From a virus, in the IMG/VR virus record IMGVR_UViG_3300004481_000389: DNA of 64,000 nt; one strand, written 5' to 3'. Both the position numbers and the translations under genes were made by a program. The notes beneath the pieces are model-generated. The model saw only the letters and a list, made by a program, of their open reading frames with translations, ran no database searches and had not been told where the DNA came from. Shown here piece after piece: positions 16,759 to 25,403 of the stretch; positions within the stretch are counted from its first letter, which is position 1; each line of letters starts with the position of its first letter.

Positions 16759-17661
16759 ATGCAAATTTTTTATGATGATGGCGGTGAAAAGCAGCTAGTC
16801 GATGGTCAATTTTTAAAGAGCTTTGTTCTTAGAAATGACTTGGTGCCAATACCTGTCACTTTGGAGGCCGAAATTCGTGCAGAAGATGAAGTATTGCCGT
16901 TTTTTGAGCAAGGCAAAAAAGTCTACACGGCCAATGGTGATGAGTTCATTATTTTAAAAAGTGAGCCAATCAGCTCAGGTCGGGTCCAGGGCGGGAACAT
17001 AGCACAGGTGGTAAAAATTATTGCTGTGCTAAGTTCCCTGACCAACGCCTGTTATGTCAAAGAGAAATCTATTTATAAAAAGAATACGACCCTAGCTGAT
17101 ATTTATCGCGCCCTGGGCTGTAAAGCAGATTCAATTCAGGGTGACTTAACCGTTCCCTTATTTAACTGCATGGCTGGGGACAGTCCTAGCTATCAGATCG
17201 CCGTCATTTTGCAAGAAAGCGCGGGTGTAATGCGCTGGCGTGATGGTCAATTGTCCTTTATGCGCCTGGATGACTTATTCAGGCAAGAGGCGATTACAGA
17301 CGTACCTATTACGGCGGCTGAAACCGTGCAAAGTGGCTTTTTGGAACGTCATGAAATCCCGACTTTTTACAGTGTGGATGATAACGGTGAATTTATCTAT
17401 GGCAACAAAGACAAGGCCAGAACGGCGCGTTTTGTGCCGAATAAGGACGCATTAACCCTTAAAAATATGAGTACCTGTTTAATCCTAAAACAGATCTCAA
17501 GAATCTCATACAACGACAACATTGTGGCGGGTGATCTTATCCAGGTCAGCGCAGATGAAAAGCTGATAGTGATTACTGCAGCACACGTGTTTAGTGGTGG
17601 TATCGATGGTGATCCGGCACGGCAATATACAAAGCTTTGGCTTGGAGAGCTGCATAAATGA
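16759..17661 (+). CDS. possible baseplate hub protein
   Basis: 300 aa, immediately upstream of and overlapping the spike gene. Context call only. Confidence 0.35.
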   Translation: MQIFYDDGGEKQLVDGQFLKSFVLRNDLVPIPVTLEAEIRAEDEVLPFFEQGKKVYTANGDEFIILKSEPISSGRVQGGNIAQVVKIIAVLSSLTNACYVKEKSIYKKNTTLADIYRALGCKADSIQGDLTVPLFNCMAGDSPSYQIAVILQESAGVMRWRDGQLSFMRLDDLFRQEAITDVPITAAETVQSGFLERHEIPTFYSVDDNGEFIYGNKDKARTARFVPNKDALTLKNMSTCLILKQISRISYNDNIVAGDLIQVSADEKLIVITAAHVFSGGIDGDPARQYTKLWLGELHK

Positions 17662-18209
17662 GCCAAAAATCAGGAAGTAACGGGCTGGTATTTGGCAAGT
17701 TTCCCGCTGTCATTACAAAGTACGACCCAGGTAGTCGAGAGTGCATGATTAAAACCCCGGTTGGGGATGAAGTCGATGCCGAAATCGAGTACCCGATTGG
17801 GGATAAATCCGCAAATGGTTATGTGACTGAAATTGAAATTTTACCAGGTGACAAGGTTTGGTGTGAGTTCATTCAAGGAGATACCCGGCGGGCTTTAATC
17901 ACGGGATGGAGAAATCCAAAAACAGGAAATTCTAGCGGTACTAGGCGCTGGCACCATGCCAATATTGAGCTAGTGGCTGATTCAACAATAAACCTAATAG
18001 TGGGAGGCAGTACCATAAAAATTGACCCAAGTACGATTGCGCTTGTAGCGGCCGCAATTTCTACCCAGGGGGCTTTTTCTGGTACTGGCAATATGTCTAT
18101 TCAAGGTGCTGTTGAATCATCGGATGATGTAGTAGCGGGTGGTGTCAGTGTTCAGGGTCATAAGCACTTTGTACCTAAAGAGGGTGCGGATTCTGAGGCT
18201 GCTAAATAG
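17658..18209 (+). CDS. baseplate central spike (P2 gpV-like)
   Basis: OB-fold motif GDKVWCEFIQGDTRRALITGW. The C-terminal GHKHF resembles the gpV HxH apex motif. Confidence 0.65.
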   Translation: MSQKSGSNGLVFGKFPAVITKYDPGSRECMIKTPVGDEVDAEIEYPIGDKSANGYVTEIEILPGDKVWCEFIQGDTRRALITGWRNPKTGNSSGTRRWHHANIELVADSTINLIVGGSTIKIDPSTIALVAAAISTQGAFSGTGNMSIQGAVESSDDVVAGGVSVQGHKHFVPKEGADSEAAK

Positions 18210-18217
18210 GTGGTATT

Positions 18218-19243
18218 GTGAGTAAAAATATAGTTTTTAATTTTGATGAAATCAGCAACAAGGATAAGGCCACTAAAGCCGTTTCCAACGCATTTAAAAA
18301 GGCCGGGGCTGCAATTGCCCAAGTAGACGTATCGCCTAGCGTAAAACGCACATCAGGGATCAGTTACCGTGAGCTAAGCATTACATTTGCGGATTCCCAG
18401 GTGATTGTTTTCCGTATTAAGCAATCTGGTGATATTTACCAGGCTTTGTTAAATGGCAAAGTGCGCCCAATTACCAATCAGGATGACCATACAGCAGCAA
18501 TTACCGAGCTGGCTAAGGCCATGGAATCAGGCCGTTCGGCATTCCAGGCAAAGCTGGCCAAAGCAAAGTTAAAGTTACCAAATGGTATTAAAACCACGGT
18601 GCCAAATAAGGAAAAATTGCTGATTGAAAAGCGTGATTCTTTAAAGGAGGCGGTAGCAGCTGCAGAGCAAGAGCTTAATCAGATCAAAGCTGAAATTGCC
18701 AAGTCTGCAACACTGGATTCTGTAACGCTCGATGCGGCTAATGATCCTTTCACGGAATTTGATCAACAAGCCCATGAAGCAGCCACTTCACCTTATAGCC
18801 GCACACCAGCACCAGCCTGGGATGATCTAATCGCGGGCAATTATAAAAAGGGTGCAATGACCATTGCCGGGATGAATATTTCTATTGAAAACCCGGCTGA
18901 ATCTATCCGTCAGGGTCAAGATTCAAACGGCGAAAAATGGAAAATCACAATGAAGCATCACTATGGCTATTTTGATGGCTCGATGGGTGCGGATGGTGAT
19001 GAACTGGATGTTTTTGTTAAAAACAATCTGGAAGTAGCGCCGGATCATGCCTATATCATTAGCCAGGTGGATCTTGACGGATCTTTTGATGAACACAAGG
19101 TTGTCATTGGTGCCGAAAGTGAAGATGAAGCAAAGGAAATCTATCACTCAAACTACAAAGCCGGATGGGATGGTTTTGGCAGTATCGAACGTGTGACCAT
19201 GGATGAATTAAAGGGCCGAATGCAGTACCAAGCAGCAGCTTAA
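18218..19243 (+). CDS. two-domain protein: N-terminal domain paralogous to the start of the 974-aa protein, and a C-terminal family-I inorganic-pyrophosphatase-like domain
   Basis: GTG start. ISIENP...HHYGYFDGSMGADGDELDVFV...DEHKVVIG aligns with E. coli PPase (IEIP...NYGYI...DGDPVDVLV...DAKLVAV) as I recall it. Confidence 0.55.
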   Translation: MSKNIVFNFDEISNKDKATKAVSNAFKKAGAAIAQVDVSPSVKRTSGISYRELSITFADSQVIVFRIKQSGDIYQALLNGKVRPITNQDDHTAAITELAKAMESGRSAFQAKLAKAKLKLPNGIKTTVPNKEKLLIEKRDSLKEAVAAAEQELNQIKAEIAKSATLDSVTLDAANDPFTEFDQQAHEAATSPYSRTPAPAWDDLIAGNYKKGAMTIAGMNISIENPAESIRQGQDSNGEKWKITMKHHYGYFDGSMGADGDELDVFVKNNLEVAPDHAYIISQVDLDGSFDEHKVVIGAESEDEAKEIYHSNYKAGWDGFGSIERVTMDELKGRMQYQAAA

Positions 19244-19257
19244 ACAGCTTTCAGGAA

Positions 19258-19282
19258 AACGGGCAATTTAGCCCGTTTTTTT
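19258..19282 (+). terminator. rho-independent terminator
   Basis: aacgggc-aattta-gcccgtt followed by a T-run. Confidence 0.8.
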
Positions 19283-19346
19283 GTCTCTAATATTGTTGAT
19301 TAAGTGAGGTGAAAGCCTTGTAAATTAACTATGTTAAGAGGTCTTT

Positions 19347-22271
19347 ATGACTGTGCAATTTAATTGGGATGGTGCCAATAACCCAGTCGGTCAAACAATT
19401 GACCAGATGCTTTACCGGATTCGCTCAAATGATAAAGAGGGCTTGATTTTTGATAGTGCGACCCTGGCTGATTTTATTGAAGATTCAGACGGCGTTATGG
19501 CGGTTTTTGATGCCTTAGTTACTCCATATTCACGCCTGGAACGCAAAGTGAATCAATTGCGCCTAGTGATGGACAAGGCAATTCCCGACCTGGAAACTGT
19601 ATCGGTCCAGGTATCCGAGCCATTTAAGCAAAATGGCAGTGTGCATGTAGCCGCTGTATTTGAATTATCTGATGGTCAGACGGTATCGGTGGTATTTCAT
19701 AACCCGGATTCAACGCCTAACAAACTGGTCGCCAGTGATGAAATGATTTCCTGGAAGTGGATGCTCAATAAAAAAGACATTACGATTGTTGTAGCGCCTG
19801 AAAATGGCCGTGACCTGGCTATTCGTGAAGTCGGCAGACGTATCATGAAACTGGCCCATAAAAACAGCACAGGCTTTGCCCGTTTAAACCAGAAGCGCGC
19901 CGAAAAACTTGAGAATATTAAGAATCTTACAGGCGAAGTAGAGCAGCTGGAACAAACGCTATCAGGCCTGGAAAAAGAGATTGAAGCGGCTAAGGCTGAA
20001 CAGGCCCGAATTGAGGAAGAAAAAAACAATATTCCAATGATCAAGCAGCTATTTGAAAAGCTGGTGCGCGGTGGCTGGAAACTGAAAAATGGCCATGACG
20101 ATTTTTTATCAAAAGAAGAATATGCCTTTGGTGCAAAATCCAATGTTGTTGTGGATTTTAATAGTTTCGATACTGTAAAAAGTGACATTGAAATTACAGC
20201 GGTGGGCGGTGGTTCCAAAACCATGCACATTGGTACCAGTGACCTTGAGGCTGAATTTGATGAATTTAAGATTATTGTAGAGGACTTGATGAGTGCCTTG
20301 CATGGTAATGGCACGGTCGATTCACTACTTAACCTCCTACAAAACACGTTCAAAATGCAATGTGAGCGCCTGGCCCCGTTAATCTTTAACGTAACTACGC
20401 CTAGAACAAGTAGCGGTGTAACGATTGAGCTTGATGATGATGGTACTTTCCAGTTTGAGAGTGATCATTTGTCAGTGGATCACTTGCAGGGTGAAGATAA
20501 TCAAGCCCTCATTGCTAAAAAACTAGATGAATTAGACTTTGTTGCTTCTCAGGGTGCTTTTGATGATGATCCAGAGCTTGAGGGTGATGTAATCCAGGGC
20601 GGCGTATTTAAGGGTAAATCTTTTGACTTTGCTTATACCATTGAGCAAATTGAAATCGCTGTTAATTCACTATCTAGTTTGTCTTTAGTGTTTGGTGACT
20701 TTAATCATACGGCGGCAGCTGGTGGCACCTTGTTCGATTCAATTGCTAGTGAATCTAACCCGCCAATTGAAGGTATTACTGCACAGATTGGATACAAGCC
20801 AACTGATATTGTTATGGCTAGGGTAAGTGTAGATGCAGCGGGTAATGCCATTATCTACAGAGGCGAAACAGGGACCACACAGGAAAGAGGCATTGATGCA
20901 CCGACCTCCTATAGCCAATTTGTACCTGTATTTAAGCGCCTGATTGCAGAGCTAACCAAAGAGCCAGAGCTAGAGGAAAAGCTACCTGAGTTAAAAGCCT
21001 ACCTTGATACATTTACCCCGTTAAAGCGTGGCCAAGTGCTTAAATCTCTATCACGTGCAGCCTATGATCTGGATGGTGCGCGTGTCACTGTTGCTGAAAC
21101 TGTAATTTCACTTGCCAAAAGTGAAGGTGCTAGAGTGGGCGTGAATGGCAAGGATGAAGTGTCTTTGATGAATGATAAGCACACTTTGAGCAGCAAACTA
21201 GGCAAGATCCCCATGAACTTTGGTATCTGGTTGATTGAAAGCGGCACTGTGAAGCCAAAACCAGCTGCACCGGAATCAAAATATCCGGATGACTTTGATC
21301 CGACTACTCCTGAAAATTATGCCCTGGTTAAAGAAAACGGTGATCTTGAAATGTTCCAGGATCAACTAGATGCGTTTTTCCAAAACCGTTTTATTGATGT
21401 GCGAAATGCTTTACGTGACCTGGGTTGGGAAGGTGAGCAAGGCCGTGACTTGAGCAAAAACGGATATACCGCAATTCCTCATTTCAAACAGGCGGGTGCG
21501 GGCGCTAACCTGGTAGGCATTCATTACACTTTAAACGGTCCTGATGGGAAGGATATTGGATTCTTTATGTCTGATACTTTGACCTTGAGCGCAGAGCAAT
21601 ATGCGGATCGTGTGAATATGGGTCTACCAGCACAACCAGAGCCAATTGTAGTTAATGGGAGTGACCCATTAGATATATCTATGGCGAATAAGCAGAATGC
21701 CATTCAATTAGCAGAAAACCTAAAGACTTTTAGCCAACAATCATGGGTTATGAGAACAACTTTAAATGATGTTAAAGATTTAAGTGTAGATCAGTTTAGA
21801 GAGCTTTATCAGGCTGATTTAGAGGCACTAAAGTCTGAGCATGATCAGGTGATTGCAGCATTTAATACATTGTTTAGAGCAGCTAAGGTTAAGGATCGGG
21901 ATGTTATTCAAGAAATAGCAAATGAGACAAATTCCATTTATAAGCTACTTACTCCAAAAGGCAAACAATTAGAATCTGAATGGCAGAAACTAGGTGGTGA
22001 ATATACAGCTTATCAAAAAAGTTTGAATACAGATCCAATCGTGGACCCAGATCCAGATACAGGGGATGATGAAATTAATACTTTCTTAAATGATGTAATT
22101 GCCAATCCTGGTAATCATACAAATGATGAATCACTGGACCGATTGACAGAACTTGCTGAAAGCCTGGGTGATGATGAAACAAGTGAATTTGCTATCACTG
22201 TGAATAAGGCAGCTAAAGCGGTTCAAGAAGTTGCATTTAAACAGCTTCAAGACATGGTAAGTCAGGGGTAA
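19347..22271 (+). CDS. large (974 aa) protein, candidate DarA-like capsid-internal protein
   Basis: The N-terminal beta-rich domain plus a coiled coil (aa ~190-225) resemble the N-terminus of the gene at 18218. The rest is unrecognised. Confidence 0.4.
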   Translation: MTVQFNWDGANNPVGQTIDQMLYRIRSNDKEGLIFDSATLADFIEDSDGVMAVFDALVTPYSRLERKVNQLRLVMDKAIPDLETVSVQVSEPFKQNGSVHVAAVFELSDGQTVSVVFHNPDSTPNKLVASDEMISWKWMLNKKDITIVVAPENGRDLAIREVGRRIMKLAHKNSTGFARLNQKRAEKLENIKNLTGEVEQLEQTLSGLEKEIEAAKAEQARIEEEKNNIPMIKQLFEKLVRGGWKLKNGHDDFLSKEEYAFGAKSNVVVDFNSFDTVKSDIEITAVGGGSKTMHIGTSDLEAEFDEFKIIVEDLMSALHGNGTVDSLLNLLQNTFKMQCERLAPLIFNVTTPRTSSGVTIELDDDGTFQFESDHLSVDHLQGEDNQALIAKKLDELDFVASQGAFDDDPELEGDVIQGGVFKGKSFDFAYTIEQIEIAVNSLSSLSLVFGDFNHTAAAGGTLFDSIASESNPPIEGITAQIGYKPTDIVMARVSVDAAGNAIIYRGETGTTQERGIDAPTSYSQFVPVFKRLIAELTKEPELEEKLPELKAYLDTFTPLKRGQVLKSLSRAAYDLDGARVTVAETVISLAKSEGARVGVNGKDEVSLMNDKHTLSSKLGKIPMNFGIWLIESGTVKPKPAAPESKYPDDFDPTTPENYALVKENGDLEMFQDQLDAFFQNRFIDVRNALRDLGWEGEQGRDLSKNGYTAIPHFKQAGAGANLVGIHYTLNGPDGKDIGFFMSDTLTLSAEQYADRVNMGLPAQPEPIVVNGSDPLDISMANKQNAIQLAENLKTFSQQSWVMRTTLNDVKDLSVDQFRELYQADLEALKSEHDQVIAAFNTLFRAAKVKDRDVIQEIANETNSIYKLLTPKGKQLESEWQKLGGEYTAYQKSLNTDPIVDPDPDTGDDEINTFLNDVIANPGNHTNDESLDRLTELAESLGDDETSEFAITVNKAAKAVQEVAFKQLQDMVSQG

Positions 22272-22274
22272 AAA

Positions 22275-22664
22275 ATGAATCAATTGCTATGGGGTGATCA
22301 GCCTCATAGCCGTTTTGCTGTCCTTGACAGTGTTTCCCCACTTGAAGCACTTAAAAACAGCCGGGCGGCCATGGGTCTGATTGCTGAAAAACCCAATCTG
22401 AAAAAAACAACTGAAATCATGAGCTGGACCAAAAGAGCAGCTGCTCTACTGGGGTCCATTAATGAAGTCTTGCACCCATCCTTAGAAATCCTGAAAAAGA
22501 TTGGCCAGGGTGCTTATGACCATGAAACCCTCTATTCATTATGGGCCATGATGGATAGTAATTTAGATGAATTGAGCGCAGACAAAGCGTTTAACGATAA
22601 GGCGGGAAGTCTGACGCACAAAGCTATTTCCCGTTGGGCTGAATTGGAGTTAAAGAATGTTTAA
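22275..22664 (+). CDS. small protein, paralogue 1 of a putative adaptor/chaperone
   Basis: ALKNSRAAMGLIAEKPNLKKTTEIMSWTKRAAALLG resembles ALTRKALKLIAEKATTKTTMAVLRWNKEALALLG in the gene at 25044. It overlaps the next gene by 8 nt. Confidence 0.5.
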   Translation: MNQLLWGDQPHSRFAVLDSVSPLEALKNSRAAMGLIAEKPNLKKTTEIMSWTKRAAALLGSINEVLHPSLEILKKIGQGAYDHETLYSLWAMMDSNLDELSADKAFNDKAGSLTHKAISRWAELELKNV

Positions 22665-24645
22665 TAATGACTACAAAGCGGTTAAAAGCCGACTGGGTTA
22701 TTGCTTTGACTTGCTGACGGCCAAAGACATGACCAAAGAGCAAAATTCTGAAAAGAATAGCCTTCTTTTAAAGAAAAAGATCAATACCTTGCGCGCTTTA
22801 ATTGCGGGTCAAAATCTGCCAGCGCATGAAATCTTATTAACCTCAAATACTTCTATGTTCTCCTTTTTTAAGGACCAGATTAAAGCGTTTGAAGATGAGA
22901 CAGATGAAGCGGAAAAGGCTAAAAAATTACTTAGACTGAAAAACTTTATTGATGTGCAAACCGCCGCAATAAATCTTGATGCTACTCGCATGGTCAGTAT
23001 GGGCTATGAGCGCAATAAGGTTGCTACTAAGATCGCTGAAAATGCCAGCCTTATCACTGGCCTGGTTAAGCATACGGTTGAAAATTCAAAAATTAAGGGA
23101 ATGTTTGATCCAGAAAAAGCACGGTCCCTAATTGATGAAGAAGCTCGCAATACTACAGCTTACAATGCACAGTATAGCGCCGCCTGGAAGGTGTTAGTCG
23201 AAAAGCATGATTCGATTAGAGGGCCATTTCTTGAATTGCGTAAGAAAATGTTTGATGAGCTGGAAAGGGAGGGATCGACCCTGGAGCTACGCGAGACTAT
23301 CCGGGGAGAATACGCAGCCGACTTGAATGCTTTAGAGCAAAAGGCCGATGAAGAATATAAGAAGCTTAAAGCCAGTCTTTTTGATGACCTGGAGGCCAAC
23401 TACCAGGCCCAAAAAAATCGTATCGCAGCTGAAAAAATCGCAATGGCCAGGGCGGTTAAAAATGCTGTCATTGATCAGTCGACCGTGACCCAGGAAGATG
23501 CCGAAAAGTGGATTGCAGAAAAGGTGACTATCACTCAAGCTGTGATCAATAAGATGAAAAAGAATGGCATTACGCCTGAGAAGTTTCACCAGGATCTAAA
23601 AGACTTTTTTGTTATTACTAATGGCCGCCTGGGTAAAATTAAGATTGATACCAAAAATCACCAGAGAGCTTATGCCAGCGGCACAACGACCCATGCAACT
23701 GAGGGTTTTATCATGCTGGATAATGACTTTAGCCAGCGGGTATTATGGCATGAATTGGCGCATCATTTGGAATCTGATGATAACTTGCGTGTTATTGCTC
23801 AAGAGTACATTAAATCCAGATCGCTTGATGGAAAACTGGTACACCGCTTACGCAATCTGACCGAAAATAAGGGCTTTGCAGCTAGTGAAAAGGCATATAA
23901 GACAGATATGTTTAATCACTATGTTGCCAAGATCTATGATCATGGGTCCACAGAGGTTTTCTCTATGGGTGTTGAGGTTCTGTATGACGATGCAGTCTTA
24001 TTCGATACCATGTTGAAAGACCCTAAAACTATTGAATTTGTCACAGGCGCATTGATGCAGACAAAGCAAGAAGTGGATCTTATTAATCAACAATTAAGAG
24101 ATAGCATCCTTAACATAAACGCTGATATTGATAATCTCAGGACTGAACAGTATCAAGAGGTTTTTGAACAGCTGGCGGGCCTGGTGAAATTCAGTACCAC
24201 AGTTAATGTCACTGAGGCTGACTTTACCGATCCTGATGCCACTAGATTCTTTAGTGAATGGAAGTCTAAATTTTATGGCACCTTAACATTGCCAAATGGC
24301 CGCGAATTGGTCCTTCTTAAAAGTGGTAAGGTGAAATATAGATCTTTCCGTGGTCGTGCCATGAAGGGTGTATTCGCTTTAGACTTTGGAAACTATGAGC
24401 ATGTCAGGGAGGCAATTGCAGAGGGCCGATATACCACTTATTTTGCTTATGGTTACGGCGTGAAGGAGGAAGTTGCTTTAGCCATCCAAACACAGGACCT
24501 TGACCGGATCAAAGTGTTAGCTTTATCAATGGATTTGCACAAGGTTGGCGGGTATAGTATCCCTAATACTTCTGGCGAAATCGGTGAGGGCTTCACCTCA
24601 TTTGAAAGCTTAGATAATCTCAAAAGACAATATTTACAGGGCTAG
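22657..24645 (+). CDS. 662-aa protein with a zincin HExxH motif (possible polyvalent-protein-type metallopeptidase)
   Basis: WHELAHHLE at nt 23746-23772. The N-terminal half is a long helical region. Confidence 0.45.
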   Translation: MFNNDYKAVKSRLGYCFDLLTAKDMTKEQNSEKNSLLLKKKINTLRALIAGQNLPAHEILLTSNTSMFSFFKDQIKAFEDETDEAEKAKKLLRLKNFIDVQTAAINLDATRMVSMGYERNKVATKIAENASLITGLVKHTVENSKIKGMFDPEKARSLIDEEARNTTAYNAQYSAAWKVLVEKHDSIRGPFLELRKKMFDELEREGSTLELRETIRGEYAADLNALEQKADEEYKKLKASLFDDLEANYQAQKNRIAAEKIAMARAVKNAVIDQSTVTQEDAEKWIAEKVTITQAVINKMKKNGITPEKFHQDLKDFFVITNGRLGKIKIDTKNHQRAYASGTTTHATEGFIMLDNDFSQRVLWHELAHHLESDDNLRVIAQEYIKSRSLDGKLVHRLRNLTENKGFAASEKAYKTDMFNHYVAKIYDHGSTEVFSMGVEVLYDDAVLFDTMLKDPKTIEFVTGALMQTKQEVDLINQQLRDSILNINADIDNLRTEQYQEVFEQLAGLVKFSTTVNVTEADFTDPDATRFFSEWKSKFYGTLTLPNGRELVLLKSGKVKYRSFRGRAMKGVFALDFGNYEHVREAIAEGRYTTYFAYGYGVKEEVALAIQTQDLDRIKVLALSMDLHKVGGYSIPNTSGEIGEGFTSFESLDNLKRQYLQG

Positions 24646-24924
24646 ATGATGGATATAAATACAACGGCGTTAAAAGTGCATACACCTAAAGGCTCATTCT
24701 TTGCTGTCTTTCCAGATGATGCTAAAAACTGTGAATTGTGCGGTCCCTGGCTTGAGGCAATTGGCTACTTTGAGGGTAACTTGCATAAGCTATTTAAGCA
24801 GCATGGCCATCCGCTAGAGCTGGCACGGTTGGAGCCGGGAGACCTCATGCTGTATGGCAACCGTCCGGATCTTGAAATTTCCATTACTGATGACTTTGAC
24901 CGTGAAGAACTGAGAATGATTTAG
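24646..24924 (+). CDS. hypothetical small protein
   Basis: 92-aa ORF that starts directly after the upstream stop. Confidence 0.5.
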   Translation: MMDINTTALKVHTPKGSFFAVFPDDAKNCELCGPWLEAIGYFEGNLHKLFKQHGHPLELARLEPGDLMLYGNRPDLEISITDDFDREELRMI

Positions 24925-24941
24925 TAGTAAAAATAACCAAA

Positions 24942-24971
24942 AAAGGCCCTTCCAAGTGAAAGGCCTTTTTT
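24942..24971 (+). terminator. rho-independent terminator
   Basis: aaaggcc...ggccttt followed by a T-run. Confidence 0.6.
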
Positions 24972-25043
24972 ATAGGAAAAACAAAAGAAAATAAGAAAAA
25001 TTATCTACCAACATACAAGCTGTTTCACTTGTATGGAGTAGTG

Positions 25044-25403
25044 ATGAAAAGCCTTCAATCACTCGCTTTGACCCGAAAGGCTTTAAAGCTAATCGCAGAA
25101 AAAGCAACCACTAAAACCACGATGGCAGTTTTACGCTGGAATAAAGAGGCACTGGCTTTGCTAGGGCAAGCTTTTCCCAAAATTAAAACTGATGAATCGA
25201 ATCCTGATTACCAGTATTTGCAGTCTGTAATTAAACGCGAATTACCCAATATGAATGACCCCGATATTGGCAATCGCATGACAGACATTCTTAACCGAAA
25301 TTCAGAAAACTCGGCATTCCTTTCGTATGTGCAACAAGCCGTTGCTGCATACCGCGAAGCCTTGCTTGCTGCATCCACTCAATTTTTATGGGGTAACGCT
25401 TAA
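25044..25403 (+). CDS. small protein, paralogue 2 of the putative adaptor/chaperone
   Basis: The ATG at 25044 has a GGAG RBS; the track TTG is at 25029. Its stop overlaps the start of the 2242-aa gene (TAATG). Confidence 0.5.
   Translation: MKSLQSLALTRKALKLIAEKATTKTTMAVLRWNKEALALLGQAFPKIKTDESNPDYQYLQSVIKRELPNMNDPDIGNRMTDILNRNSENSAFLSYVQQAVAAYREALLAASTQFLWGNA

Noticed and set aside
19697-20353. 218-aa antisense ORF inside the 974-aa gene
   Set aside because: Its composition is low-complexity and Ser/Phe-rich, and it lies entirely within a longer, well-supported sense ORF. This is a typical shadow ORF.
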